Source: an uncultured Trueperaceae bacterium (lineage in GTDB: Bacteria; Deinococcota; Deinococci; Deinococcales; Trueperaceae). From it: DNA of 64,000 bases. The notes under the pieces are model-generated. The model ran no database searches, had not been told where the DNA came from, and saw only the letters and a program-made list of their open reading frames with translations. The stretch spans positions 1 through 64,000 of the forward strand of contig CAWFFU010000009.1 in assembly GCA_963815215.1 (NCBI GenBank), written 5' to 3'. The position numbers and the translations under genes were made by a program. Shown piece by piece: positions 51,217 to 61,701 of this stretch; position 1 is the stretch's first letter; every line of letters starts with the position of its first letter.

Positions 51217-52155
51217 CTAGCTCCGTTCTTCGCCTTGCAGCGCCTCCCGGCGGCGGCGCAGCCACACCCGCAACTCGCCCTCCACCTGCTCCGCGACCTC
51301 GGGGACGTGCCGGGCCTCCGGCTCCTTGCGGAACCAGGTGCGCTGGCGGCGCGCGTACTGCAGCGTCGCGATGGTGACGGCGAGCTCCGCCTCATCCAGC
51401 GTGCTGCGGCCCGCGAGGTGGGTGGCGACCTCCTTGTAGCCGATCGCCTGGAGCGCGGTCGGCTGCTCGGGGTAGGCCTCCAGCAAGGCGCGTACCTCCT
51501 CGACCAGGCCGTTCTCGAACATGTGCCGCGTGCGCTGCCGGATGCGCGGCCGTAGGGCATCGAGCGTCGGCAGCAGCGCGACCTTGTCGTAACGGAACGC
51601 GGGGGTGGTGTGCGGGAAGGCGCTCGGAGGGCGCCCCGTGCGTCGAAGCACCTCGAGCGCGCGGATGACGCGGCGCGGGTTGCGCTGGGCGCGCGCGGCG
51701 TCGCCGGGGCTGAGGCGTTCGAGCTCCGCCACCATCCTCTCCAGGCCGTTCTCCTCGAGATCCTTCCAGAGCGGCGCCTGTGCTTCCGGATCGGCCGGCG
51801 GCGCGGTGGGGAGCCCCTCGGCCAGGGCCCGGATGTAGAAACCGGTGCCCCCGACCACGAGCGGCAGGCGTCCGCGCGCCAGCACGGCCGCCAGCGCCGC
51901 CTCGGCGGCATGCACGTAGTCTGCGACGGAGAAGGCCGTGGCCGGGGTGACGATGTCGAGGAGATGGTGCGGCACCCGCTCGCGCTCGTCGCGGGCGGGC
52001 TTGGCGGTGCCGATGTCCATGCCTCGGTAGACCTGCATGGCGTCGGCGGCAACGATCTCGAGACCCAGGTCTTCGGCCAGGAGCATCGCCAGGGAGCTCT
52101 TGCCGGAGGCCGTGGGCCCGCCGAGAATCGGGATGAGAACGGCCGCAGAGGCCAC
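51217..52155 (-). CDS. miaA: tRNA dimethylallyltransferase
   Basis: GPTASGKS, DAMQVYRGMDIGTAKP, VGGTGFY, YARRQRTWF. Confidence 0.96.
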   Translation of the reverse strand: MASAAVLIPILGGPTASGKSSLAMLLAEDLGLEIVAADAMQVYRGMDIGTAKPARDERERVPHHLLDIVTPATAFSVADYVHAAEAALAAVLARGRLPLVVGGTGFYIRALAEGLPTAPPADPEAQAPLWKDLEENGLERMVAELERLSPGDAARAQRNPRRVIRALEVLRRTGRPPSAFPHTTPAFRYDKVALLPTLDALRPRIRQRTRHMFENGLVEEVRALLEAYPEQPTALQAIGYKEVATHLAGRSTLDEAELAVTIATLQYARRQRTWFRKEPEARHVPEVAEQVEGELRVWLRRRREALQGEERS

Positions 52156-52202
52156 GTGCCTACGCTAACAGACCCCTCGGAGGCGGGTGCTAAACTCGCC
52201 GC

Positions 52203-52586
52203 ATGGAGATCGAGAAGTTCGGCTCGGGCGCCGACATCGAGGAGCTCCTGGCGGTGCGCGACCGGATCGAAGCGCTCACCCAGACGGGTTCATCGGGCGA
52301 CAGCATGTTGCCGAGGGTGGACCTGCTCGACCTCGGCGACGCCTACCAGATGTTCGTCGAGGTGCCGGGCGTGTCCCTCTCGAGCCTCGAGGTCGCCCTT
52401 CAGGGCCGGGACCTGGTCGTCGCGGGGCTGCGCGAGAACCTGCCCGACGAGACCGGCATCGTGTTCAGCGAGCGGCCCAACGGACCGTTCCAGCGCACCG
52501 TCGAGCTGCCCGGCGAGGTCGACCGCGAGGCCACCACCGCCCACCTCCACTCCGGCCTGCTCGTCGTCAATCTGCCCAAGGCCTGA
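52203..52586 (+). CDS. Small heat-shock protein (Hsp20)
   Basis: EVPGV, ERPNGPFQRTVELP, GLLVVNLPK. Confidence 0.9.
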   Translation: MEIEKFGSGADIEELLAVRDRIEALTQTGSSGDSMLPRVDLLDLGDAYQMFVEVPGVSLSSLEVALQGRDLVVAGLRENLPDETGIVFSERPNGPFQRTVELPGEVDREATTAHLHSGLLVVNLPKA

Positions 52587-52632
52587 CCCCGACGGTGACG
52601 CGCCCGTCGCCGAGCGGCCGAGCCGGTGAGCG

Positions 52633-53746
52633 TTGGTGAGGCTCCCGGTGGAGCACGTCCCCTTCCCGGTCGAGCCCCGCTACAGCGTGCGCCCCACGCT
52701 GCGCCGTTGGGAGGCGGGCGACCGCGGGCATCTGCGCCTCGACGCGCGCTACCCCGAGTACCTGACCGAGAAGCTCCGACTGCTGCGCAGCGACCCCGCC
52801 GGTTGCCGTGTGCTGGCGCCCGACGTCGACCGCCGGGCTCTTGCCGGCGCGCTCCTGCACGTCGCCGAAGGGCTGGCGCTCGACGCGGCGATGCACGGGG
52901 CGCAGGCCGGTGCTGCAGGACGGGGCGCAGGACGGGGCGGGACCCGAGGCGCCGGCGCCAACCGCCCCCGCCCCCATCGTGGTCGATGACGGCGGCGTGC
53001 GCTTCCCCCTGCTGGGCATCGCCCTGCACGGACCCGGCTGGGACCTCTCCCGGCACGAGCCTGCCACCCGCGTCGCCGGCCTGTCCTCCGATCTCCTGGC
53101 GCGCGTCGGCGACCACCTGGCCGGGCTCGAGCCGCTCGAGCGGCTGGCCGACGCCCTCGCCCTGGCCGTTCAGGAGGACCTGGTGGTGATGGCGGGCGCG
53201 GCTCCGCCCGAGCCCGCCGGACGATCGGCCCCGGTCGCGCCGACCGCGCCGGCGGACGGCCGCGCCGAGCTGCTGCACGTGTGCTTCCCCAGCGCCTGGG
53301 ACCCGGCGGCGCGGGCCGGCGCCGGCTTCGCCGCGCTGCATGCGCCGGTGCCGCACAATGGGGCCCTGCTGTCGGCGGCGGGCCGGGTGGTGCAGGCGAT
53401 GGTCGCCAAGGGACCCTTCGTGCGTTACGTGTGGAGCCTCGCGGCCGACGACGCCCTCGACCGCAACCCGCGCCGCCTCGGCGAAGGGGTTCCGGCGAGC
53501 GAGCCGGCGGGCGTGTGGTTCCGCGTCGAGCGCCAGACCGTCCTGCCGCTGACGGCGTCGCAGCGGGCCCTGTTCACCATCCGCGTGTACCGCGCCCCGC
53601 TGCCGAGCGTGCTGACCTCGCCGGAGCGCGGCGCGGTGCTGGCGTCGGCGCTCCGTTCGATGGACGCTTCGCTGCTGGCGTACAAGGGCGTGGGCGGTCT
53701 GCGCGCGGCGCTACTGGCGTACCTCGACGACCGAAACGCCGGCTGA
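52633..53746 (+). CDS. DUF3445 / heme-dependent oxidative N-demethylase alpha-like protein with a +1 frameshift near 52910
   Basis: VQEDLVVM, CFPSAWDP, LHAPVP, FRVERQT, LFTIR; N-terminal part lies in the adjacent frame. Confidence 0.75.
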
Positions 53747-53778
53747 GCTCCCGGCGCGCTCCGGGTCACGGCAGTCCC

Positions 53779-54657
53779 TCAGGGGATCGACACGTCCAGG
53801 TCGCCGTGCACGCCGCCCAGCACCACGACGTCGTTGTTGTTCAGGTAGTAGCGCAGCCGGCTGCCCTCCAGCACGTCCTTGCCCTGGGTGCTCCGGGCGG
53901 GCGAGCCGGCGAGCAGCGCCACCCCGGCGGCCTCGTCGAGCTCGAGGCTGTCGGCGGTGGTCACCCGGTCCTGGGAGGTCACCTTGACGTTGCCCATCAG
54001 GGTGGCGTGGCGGGTCTGGGTATCGAAGCGCATGCTGTCCGCGCTGGCGGTGAGCGCCGGCGAGTCGCCGGCGGCGGCACGGACGAGTTCGATGGGGCCG
54101 TCCATGGTGCCGGTGTCGCTGCCCTGGTCGAGGAAGAAGCGGGTGCCGCGCACCGTGGTGCGCCCCTGCACCATCGTCACGCTCGGCGCCTTCGTGCGCT
54201 GCTCGCTGCCGATGCAGCCCGGCCGGTCGAGCGTCACGGTGCCGTCGTAGAGCTCGAGCGTCTGGTCCTCGCCGGCGGCGGCGTTGCTGCCCCCGGCCGC
54301 CTGCTCCGGCGTCAGCACGATGGCGACGTTCGAGCGCAGCTCGGTGTCCTTGCCCACGCGGGTGTCGACGTAGCCGGGAGCGGGACCGTAGAGCAAGGCC
54401 TGCCGCTTGCCGGTCTGGCAGTTCGGGTTGTTCCCGATGAACCGCGCGCCGTCGGCGTACTGCGCCTTGAGGGTCACCACGATGGTGGTGTCCTTGCGCG
54501 TCAGCGTCACCTGCGACTCGGTCTGGGCGAGCGCGGTGGACGCCAGCAACAGCGCGCCCACCGCGCCGAGCGCGCGCCGGGCGAGGCGAACGGCCCGCGC
54601 GGGCGCTGCGGTGCGCCGGCCGTCCGCCGCCGGGTGCGGGACCCGGCGCGCGCCCAT
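53779..54657 (-). CDS. LptA/OstA-like exported beta-jellyroll protein
   Basis: Signal peptide; LMGNVKVTS...ADSLE...LAGSPARSTQGKDVLEGSRLRY. Confidence 0.7.
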   Translation of the reverse strand: MGARRVPHPAADGRRTAAPARAVRLARRALGAVGALLLASTALAQTESQVTLTRKDTTIVVTLKAQYADGARFIGNNPNCQTGKRQALLYGPAPGYVDTRVGKDTELRSNVAIVLTPEQAAGGSNAAAGEDQTLELYDGTVTLDRPGCIGSEQRTKAPSVTMVQGRTTVRGTRFFLDQGSDTGTMDGPIELVRAAAGDSPALTASADSMRFDTQTRHATLMGNVKVTSQDRVTTADSLELDEAAGVALLAGSPARSTQGKDVLEGSRLRYYLNNNDVVVLGGVHGDLDVSIP

Positions 54658-55685
54658 CAGGGGGTCGAGTTACCCGAGTTGCCCGCGCCGCTGCCGGCGG
54701 CCGGCGTCATGGCGAACGCCGCCTTGTCGAACGCGCTCGGCGCCGAGGCGTCGATCGCCTCGAAGTAGTCGTACTTGACGTCCTGCTTGATGCGGTCGGC
54801 ACGCAACGAAGAGCCGTTCTTGCTGTCCACGGCGGTAGCCGGCTGGCCGGGCGTGCCGAGCACCTCCGCGATCGCCTGGCTGTCGTCGAAGAACACGGTG
54901 GCGCCCTTGCTGGTGATGGTGCCGTCCACCACGGTCACGTTGCCGGTGGCGTAGAGCTTCTTCTGATCGGTGAGGACCCGGATCTCGTCGGCGGTGATGA
55001 TGAGCTTCTTGCCGTCGGCGTCGGTGCGGGTGATGGTGGCCTGGCCGCCCTTCTGGGTGAGCTCGCCGAGGTTGCGCTTCTCCTCGAACACCAGCGTGCC
55101 CGCCTCGGCCGCCTGGTTGCCGTTGACGAGCGAGACATGCCCGCTGCTGGTCGAGCGGTCGGTGTCGACGTCGAACTCGACCCGATCGGCCGTGATGTGG
55201 ACGGCATCGCCGCCGGTCTTCTCTGGCGCCACGGTGATGTCGGCACCGCCTGTCAGCGTGCCGAGGCCGCTCGCCTCGCTGTAGGTGAGCTCCGGGCCGC
55301 TGGCGGTGAGGCGTCCGCGCTCCACCTTCACGCCGCCATCGAAGGTGGCGGTGCGCTGGCCGCCCTTGAAGATCGAGACCCCGTCCGGCGCCTTCAGAAC
55401 GGCATGGTGCCCGTAGATGGTGAGCGTCGAGACGGTGGCCTTCATGCCGAACGGGTCGGGGTGCTGGTACACGATCGGCCCGAAGCGGAGGTTGCCGGAC
55501 TGGGTACCGCCGCTGTCGTTGATGGTGATGACGCGCTTCTGGTTCGTCTGGGTGGGCGCGTTGGGGCTGGCGGGCGCACCCGCGGAGCCGCCGCCGCCCG
55601 CGGGCGGCGGGCTCTGGTCCTGCGCCACGCCGATCGCGGTGCTCGCGACCAGCAACAGCAAGAGGAGGAAGCGTGGCGATCTCAA
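54657..55685 (-). CDS. LptA/OstA-like exported protein
   Basis: TTG start with RBS aaggag; signal peptide; repeated ITAD...GNVTV strands. Confidence 0.7.
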   Translation of the reverse strand: MRSPRFLLLLLLVASTAIGVAQDQSPPPAGGGGSAGAPASPNAPTQTNQKRVITINDSGGTQSGNLRFGPIVYQHPDPFGMKATVSTLTIYGHHAVLKAPDGVSIFKGGQRTATFDGGVKVERGRLTASGPELTYSEASGLGTLTGGADITVAPEKTGGDAVHITADRVEFDVDTDRSTSSGHVSLVNGNQAAEAGTLVFEEKRNLGELTQKGGQATITRTDADGKKLIITADEIRVLTDQKKLYATGNVTVVDGTITSKGATVFFDDSQAIAEVLGTPGQPATAVDSKNGSSLRADRIKQDVKYDYFEAIDASAPSAFDKAAFAMTPAAGSGAGNSGNSTP

Positions 55686-56251
55686 GGGGACTCCTTCCCG
55701 GGCGACGACACGACGAACTCGCCGTAACCGACCGTGCCGGGACCTCCGGCCTGGAACGTAGTGAAGTCGAAGCCGATGCGCATGTCCTCGAACACGATGG
55801 TGTTCTTGTCGGGGTCGGTGACGGTCACGCGCGGGACCTCGAAGGTGCCGCTGCGCTGGTTGATGAGCACCTGACGGCCCTTGGCGCCGACCATGTCGAG
55901 GTTGACGTCCTCGCTCACGAGGTGAGCCTGGATGTGCTCGCCGTGCAGGTTGTCGTTGCTGTCGATGACGATGCGATCCGACGCCAGCGTGAAGTCGGTC
56001 TTGCCGTCCACCATGCGCCGACCGTCCTGGATGTTGCGCAGGGTCGTGTCCTGCTTGTTCGGGTCGTAGCGGACATCGGGTGAGCGGAACGACCACACCG
56101 CAGTCGGGTCGGCCTGTGGGTAGAGGGCGACCGTGGCGTCGTGAAGATCGATCGTGACGTTGGGGACCGGCCGCTGGCGTTGTGGCAGCAGGGCCACCAC
56201 CACTAGCGTGGCGATCACCGCCACCAACGCGAGAAGAGCCACTCTGGGCAC
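55682..56251 (-). CDS. LptC-like single-pass membrane protein
   Basis: N-terminal TM followed by a beta-rich domain; first gene of the trio. Confidence 0.5.
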   Translation of the reverse strand: MPRVALLALVAVIATLVVVALLPQRQRPVPNVTIDLHDATVALYPQADPTAVWSFRSPDVRYDPNKQDTTLRNIQDGRRMVDGKTDFTLASDRIVIDSNDNLHGEHIQAHLVSEDVNLDMVGAKGRQVLINQRSGTFEVPRVTVTDPDKNTIVFEDMRIGFDFTTFQAGGPGTVGYGEFVVSSPGKESP

Positions 56252-56395
56252 ACCCGAATCTACCAGCGCAGGGTGCTGAGAAGGGTGACGTCGTGCGCTG
56301 GAGTCTTCATGCGGCCCGCGGCGGGCCGGCGCGGCCGCCCGCGCAGGCCGGCCACGCTCCGGTCCGGAGCGCGCCCGGCAACGGGGATGCGCCGC

Positions 56396-56872
56396 CTACT
56401 CGTAGTGGACCGAGACCACCTTGTAGTTGATCTTGTTCGCGCCCAACGGAAGCTCGACCCGATCGCCCGCCCGCTTGCCGAGCAGGTTCTGCCCGAGCGG
56501 GGACTCGTCGGAGATCTTGTTGTCGAGGACGTCCGCTTCGTGCGTGCCGACCAGATGGAAGACGATGCGATCGCCGGTGGTGTCCTCGAGCTCGAGGCTG
56601 GCACCCAGGCGGGCGGCGGCGTTCTCGCCCTCTTCGGCTTCCACGACGACGGCTCGGTGCACGATCTCCTCCAGATCCGCGATGCGGGCTTCGTTCGCGC
56701 TCTGCAGTAGACGCGCTTCGTCGTACGCGGCGCTCTCCCGGAGGTCACCGTCGGCGATGGCTGCTCCCATGTAGTTCGAGAGCTCCTCGCGCTTCTCCTC
56801 CTTCAGATAGCGCAACTCCTCTTTGATCTTCTCCAAGCCCTTGGGTGTCAGGTAGATGGCTTCCTTGGCCAC
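56396..56872 (-). CDS. greA: Transcription elongation factor GreA
   Basis: LTPKGLEK, GDLRESAAYDEA, ISDESPLG. Confidence 0.92.
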   Translation of the reverse strand: MAKEAIYLTPKGLEKIKEELRYLKEEKREELSNYMGAAIADGDLRESAAYDEARLLQSANEARIADLEEIVHRAVVVEAEEGENAAARLGASLELEDTTGDRIVFHLVGTHEADVLDNKISDESPLGQNLLGKRAGDRVELPLGANKINYKVVSVHYE

Positions 56873-57062
56873 GGCTTCACTCACCTCACAGCTCTCGTGC
56901 GTTCGAGCCGAGATCCACACGGCATCGGCCCGAGCGGCCCGGCAAGAACCGGGTCCGGGTCTGGATTATACGTCCGGTCGCCTGGGTCCCGGACGGCTCC
57001 GATACGCGCCCTCCCGGCGACGTCCACGAGCGCCGCGCTGGACGGGTCGGGTAGGCTCGAGC

Positions 57063-58241
57063 ATGAACGCAGCGAAGCGGACTCCGACGAGCGGCGTGAC
57101 GAGCGGCGCGCCGCGCAGCCTGGCATGGCTCGAGCGCCTGGTCCGCACCGACTCGGTCAACCCCGCGTTGGTGCAGGGCGCCGCAGGGGAGGGCGCCATG
57201 GCCGACCTGGTGGCGGCGTGGGGCGAGCAGCGGGGGCTGGAGGTCACGCGGCTCGAGCCGCAAGCCGGCCGCCCCAGCGTGGTGCTCGTCGCGCGCGGCA
57301 GCGGCGGCGGCGCGAGCCTCATGCTCGACGCCCACCTCGACACGGTGGGCGTCGAGGGGATGGACGCGCCCTTCGAGCCGCGCCTCGAAGGCGGCCGGCT
57401 CTACGGCCGCGGCGCGCTCGATATGAAGGCGGGGCTGGCCGCCGCCATGAGCGCGCTCGAGGCCGCGGCCGCCGCCGACCTGCGGGGCGACGTGCTGTTG
57501 GCCGCCGTCGCCGACGAGGAGCACGCTTCGATCGGGACCGAGGCGGTCCTGGAGCGTTTCGGCGCCGACGCCGCCATCGTCACCGAGCCCAGCAACCTGG
57601 AGCTGCAGCTGGCGCACCGCGGCTTCGCGGTGTTCGAGCTGGAGACGTTCGGGGTGGCGTCGCACACCTCGCAGCCCGAGCGCGGGGTGAACGCGGTGAC
57701 GCACATGGGACGCGTTCTCGCCGGGATCGAACGCCTCCAGGCCGCGCTGACGGAGCGGGCCCCTCATCCGTTGACCGGTCACGGGGTCGCCCAGGTGGTG
57801 CGCATCGAAGGGGGCGAGCAGCTGTTCGTGACGCCGGCCGGGTGCCGCGCCAGCTACGAGCGGCGCACCCTGCCCGGCGAGTCGCGCGCACAGGTCGAAG
57901 CGGAAGTGCAGGCGGTGCTGCAGGGCGCGGCACAGGGCGCGCCCGGTTTCCGAGGCCATGCCGAGCTGACGCTGCTGCGCGAGCCGTTCGAAGTCGACAG
58001 CGACGCGCTCGTCGTGCGGCTGGCCGAGGCGCACGCCCGCCGCGTGCTGGGGCGCGAGGCCGTCGTGGCGGGCGCCCCCTACTGGACCGATGCCGCCCTG
58101 CTGCAGGCCGCCGGCATCCCCACCCTGGTGCTGGGGCCGTCCGGCGAGGGCATGCACGCCGCCGACGAGCACGTGGAGCTGTCCAGCGTGGCTGCGCTGG
58201 AGGCGATCCTGGACGGCGTGATCGCGGAATTCTGCGCGTGA
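57063..58241 (+). CDS. M20 metallopeptidase (ArgE/DapE-like deacylase)
   Basis: HLDTV, GRGALDMK, DEEH, TEP, HAADEHV. Confidence 0.92.
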   Translation: MNAAKRTPTSGVTSGAPRSLAWLERLVRTDSVNPALVQGAAGEGAMADLVAAWGEQRGLEVTRLEPQAGRPSVVLVARGSGGGASLMLDAHLDTVGVEGMDAPFEPRLEGGRLYGRGALDMKAGLAAAMSALEAAAAADLRGDVLLAAVADEEHASIGTEAVLERFGADAAIVTEPSNLELQLAHRGFAVFELETFGVASHTSQPERGVNAVTHMGRVLAGIERLQAALTERAPHPLTGHGVAQVVRIEGGEQLFVTPAGCRASYERRTLPGESRAQVEAEVQAVLQGAAQGAPGFRGHAELTLLREPFEVDSDALVVRLAEAHARRVLGREAVVAGAPYWTDAALLQAAGIPTLVLGPSGEGMHAADEHVELSSVAALEAILDGVIAEFCA

Positions 58242-58278
58242 GGCGTTCTGCGCGTGAGGCGCGCGTAGCCGTCAGCGC

Positions 58279-60852
58279 CTACGGTTCGGGCGCGCCGTCG
58301 GTCCCGCCCGCCGGCACCACCGCGCTCGCCTCCCGCCACCGTCCGTCCCCGTCCTGCCGGAACGGGATCCACAGCAGCCCGACGTAACGGGTGGTGATGT
58401 CACTGCTCCTGGGCAGCACCCGCACAGGCTCGAGCTCCAGCGCGTCGGCGTCCTTCAGCTCCAGCGCGTCGAGCGCGGTCTTGAGCTCGTCCTCGAGGTC
58501 GCGGAGCTGCGCCTGCACCTGTTCGACGACCTGCCGGGCGCGCTGAGCGTCGGCGCTCTCCTTGGGCACCCGGTTGATGCTGCGCAGCGCGGTGCTGACA
58601 CCCGTCGCCGAGGCGCCGCGGCGCCCCAGGAAGGAGCCGAGCAACGCCGTCCCGACGCTGATGGCGGCGTCGACCTTGCGCTGGCCGGCCTGCTGCGTTT
58701 CGCGCTGCGCCGCCCGCTCGGCGCGGCTCAGGCGCCCGCGGAGCGTGTCCATCTTCGCCTCGAAGCGCTGCCGGAGCTTCTCGCGCTCGGCGTCCCGGAC
58801 CTCGCGTGCCGCCTGCCGGCAGCGCACGCGGAAGTCGCGTTCACTCTCCCCGACGGTGCCGGTGAGCTTGGGCGCGCTGCAGCGCCACAGCGTCAACGCC
58901 GCCTCGCCGCGCAGGTGCCGTTCGAACAGCTTCGTCCAGGCGGCGACGGAGGCCCCGGTCAGCGGCACCTCGGGCAGCGGGCGGTAGCCCACGCCCGCCT
59001 GGGGGTCACGACTCAGCGCGTTGAGATCGAGGGGCCCGGAGCGGCCCTCGACCCATTCGATGGGGGCCGGCCCGTCGACCGGTTCCACCACCCGGCCCAC
59101 ACGCCGCCGCGCGTCGACGTCCAGCGTGGCGCGCACGTACGCCACGTCGGCGATGCCGGCCACGTGGAGCACGTACGCCGCGCTGTCGGCGGGACCGCCG
59201 GCGGGACCGTCGAGGGGAGCGAAGAGTTGCGGGACGTCGGGCGGGAGCACAGGCGGCGCTACGGCGGAAGGCGTCGTCGCGGCCGCGCCCGGCGGCGCGG
59301 GGACGGCCGCGGCGGCTGCACCGTCCGCGTCGGCCGCATCGTTCACGCCGGCTGTGGCGGCGGTGGCGCCCGTGGAGCGCGCCGTCGTGGGCGCCGGCGC
59401 ACCCGCAGTGGACCTGGACCCGGACCCGGACCCGCCGGCCGCCACCGGGTCCGGCTGCGCCTCGGGCAGCCGCCGCAGCTGCTCGCGCGACAACGGCCCG
59501 GCCAGGTAGGACATCGCCCAACGCGTCTGGAACAGCACCGGTTGGCGGTCGTGGACGTTGTGCAGCAGGAAGGTTCGCTTGGGCAGACCACTGATCAACG
59601 CCTCGAGGGCGGCGGGGTCCGGCGCGTCGGAAGCGGCGCCGCGCAGCCCCTCCATCACCCGCGCCTTGTCGCGCTCGGTCTGCAACCGGCCGATGAACCA
59701 GCTGCCGGCGTTGGCCAACCCCTTGTAGTCCAGATCGACCGGATTCTGGGTCGCCAGCGCCAGCCCCACCCCGAAGGCGCGCGCCTGCTTGAGCAGGGTC
59801 AGCAGCGGCTTCTTGGTTGGGGGTTGCGCTACCGGCGGCATCAGCCCCATCAGCTCGTCGACGTACAGCAGCGCCCGCAGGCTGGTCGTTCCGCGCTGAG
59901 CGCGCGTCCAGGCCACCACCTCGTTGAACAGCAGCGCCAGGAAGAAGGTGCGCTCCGCTTCGGACAGGTGGCCGACGGTCAGCACCGCCACGCGCGGCCG
60001 GCCGGCCGGATCGTAGAGCAGGCTCTGCACGTCCAGCGCATCGCCCTGCGTCCAGATCTCGAAGCCGGGGGCGGCGAGCAGGTTGTTGAGCCGGAGCGCC
60101 AGCCCCATGCGCTCCCTGGCGGGGTAGACGGTGTCCAGCTCCATCACGCCGATGGTGCGCACCGGCGGCCGCTGCACGTCGCGGATCAGGTCGGCGATGG
60201 TGAGATCGGTGCCGGCGCGCCAGGCGTGGTCGAGCAGGGTGGACAGCAGGATGTGGTCGCGGCTGGTCAGCGGATCGGCATCGATGTCCAGCAAGGTGAG
60301 CAGCGCGGTGACGGTGGTCTCGAGGCGCTCGCCGAGCAGGTCGGGGTCCGCCAGGACCTCGGCGCTCGGCGCGGCGAAGGAGCGCAGCACCGACAGCGGC
60401 CGGCCGGCGCTCGAGCCCGGCGTGTACACCCGTAGCTCGGCGGCCGCCTTCAGCCGCGCGATGCGGTCCGGCTGCATGCCCCAGGCGGCCAGCCCGTCGC
60501 GCCAGGTCTGTGCCTGAGCGGCGGCGTAGGCGGCCGCGGTGAGGCCCCGGCGATCGGCTTCACCGGCGTCCACCCAGGGCTCGAAGTCCTCCGGCCGCAG
60601 CTCGGGGAAGGCCAGCGCCAGGTTGGTCAGGTCCCCTTTGGGGTCGATCGCCAGCACCGGCACTCCGTCCAGGGCGGCCTCCTCGATGAGGTCGATGCCC
60701 AGGCCGGTCTTGCCGCTGCCGGTCATGCCCACGATGACGGCGTGTGTGGTGAGGTCGTTGGCGTCGTAGAGGAGATCTTGGTCGGTGAGGCGGTGGCCTT
60801 CCGGCTCCACCTCGCGCCCCAGGTAGAAGGCGCCGAGCTTCTCGAAATCCAC
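58279..60852 (-). CDS. HerA/FtsK-like (DUF87) P-loop ATPase with a C-terminal coiled coil
   Basis: THAVIVGMTGSGKT, IDPKGD, YVDE, KQARAFG, ATQNP. Confidence 0.85.
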   Translation of the reverse strand: MDFEKLGAFYLGREVEPEGHRLTDQDLLYDANDLTTHAVIVGMTGSGKTGLGIDLIEEAALDGVPVLAIDPKGDLTNLALAFPELRPEDFEPWVDAGEADRRGLTAAAYAAAQAQTWRDGLAAWGMQPDRIARLKAAAELRVYTPGSSAGRPLSVLRSFAAPSAEVLADPDLLGERLETTVTALLTLLDIDADPLTSRDHILLSTLLDHAWRAGTDLTIADLIRDVQRPPVRTIGVMELDTVYPARERMGLALRLNNLLAAPGFEIWTQGDALDVQSLLYDPAGRPRVAVLTVGHLSEAERTFFLALLFNEVVAWTRAQRGTTSLRALLYVDELMGLMPPVAQPPTKKPLLTLLKQARAFGVGLALATQNPVDLDYKGLANAGSWFIGRLQTERDKARVMEGLRGAASDAPDPAALEALISGLPKRTFLLHNVHDRQPVLFQTRWAMSYLAGPLSREQLRRLPEAQPDPVAAGGSGSGSRSTAGAPAPTTARSTGATAATAGVNDAADADGAAAAAVPAPPGAAATTPSAVAPPVLPPDVPQLFAPLDGPAGGPADSAAYVLHVAGIADVAYVRATLDVDARRRVGRVVEPVDGPAPIEWVEGRSGPLDLNALSRDPQAGVGYRPLPEVPLTGASVAAWTKLFERHLRGEAALTLWRCSAPKLTGTVGESERDFRVRCRQAAREVRDAEREKLRQRFEAKMDTLRGRLSRAERAAQRETQQAGQRKVDAAISVGTALLGSFLGRRGASATGVSTALRSINRVPKESADAQRARQVVEQVQAQLRDLEDELKTALDALELKDADALELEPVRVLPRSSDITTRYVGLLWIPFRQDGDGRWREASAVVPAGGTDGAPEP

Positions 60853-60982
60853 GTTTTCCCCTCCCCATCGCGTTTCTAGGTGCTGGGAGTATAGCCCGGC
60901 GGCGCGCCGAGCGCCGCCGCCGGTGCCCGCCGAGCGAGGCCGTGGCGCCGGGCGACTCGGGCGCGCGGCGGCCGCGAGCGCC

Positions 60983-61633
60983 TCAACCCACGTGCCGGCG
61001 CAGCCAGCCGACCAGCGGCTCGCCGTCGGCGAACACCGCCAGGATGCGGTCTCCGGCCTCGGGCGTGAACACCCACGGCTCGAGCCGCCAGTTGCGCACC
61101 GCTGCCAGCCCCTTGCGGCGCAGCAGGTCGATGCGCGGGTGGTCGGGTTCGAAGCCGCGGGGGGCGCGCTTCAGCTCCTCGCCGTGGAGGGGATATCCCT
61201 TGGCGCTCAGCTCCGCGACGATGCGCTCGAGCTGGCGGCCGCTCGGGTCCGCCGCCACCGCCTGGCGGAAGGCCGCCAGCGCCTCGCCCTCCATGCGGTA
61301 GGCGCCGACCGCGACGAACATGCCTTCGGCGTCGAGGTGCACGTGGCGGCCACCGACCGCGCGCGGGCCGCGCCCCCCGAACGACACCGCCGCGTTCAGC
61401 TTGTACGGCCGCTTGTCCTTGCTGAAGCGCACGTCGCGGTGCGGCCGGTAGAGGTGGCCGTCGCCGAACAGCCCGGAGAGGGAGCGCTCGAGCTCCTGCA
61501 TCGGCGCGCGCACGTGCTCCTCGTAGCTCGCGCGGTGCGCGTCGAAGAAAGCCTTGCTGTTGTCCGCGGCGAGCTCGCGGAAGAAGGTCACGGCCTCGGG
61601 GTGGAATCCCTGGAACGGAGGCGGTTCGGCCAT
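60983..61633 (-). CDS. DUF2461-family protein
   Basis: FFRELAADNSKAFF, RPHRDVRFSKDKRPYK, LKRAPRGF. Confidence 0.88.
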   Translation of the reverse strand: MAEPPPFQGFHPEAVTFFRELAADNSKAFFDAHRASYEEHVRAPMQELERSLSGLFGDGHLYRPHRDVRFSKDKRPYKLNAAVSFGGRGPRAVGGRHVHLDAEGMFVAVGAYRMEGEALAAFRQAVAADPSGRQLERIVAELSAKGYPLHGEELKRAPRGFEPDHPRIDLLRRKGLAAVRNWRLEPWVFTPEAGDRILAVFADGEPLVGWLRRHVG

Positions 61634-61701
61634 GGCTCCAGCCTAGCCGAGAGCCGCGGGGCACACCACGTCGCCTGTGGCGCGGTGCGTGCAGCGGGGC
61701 A

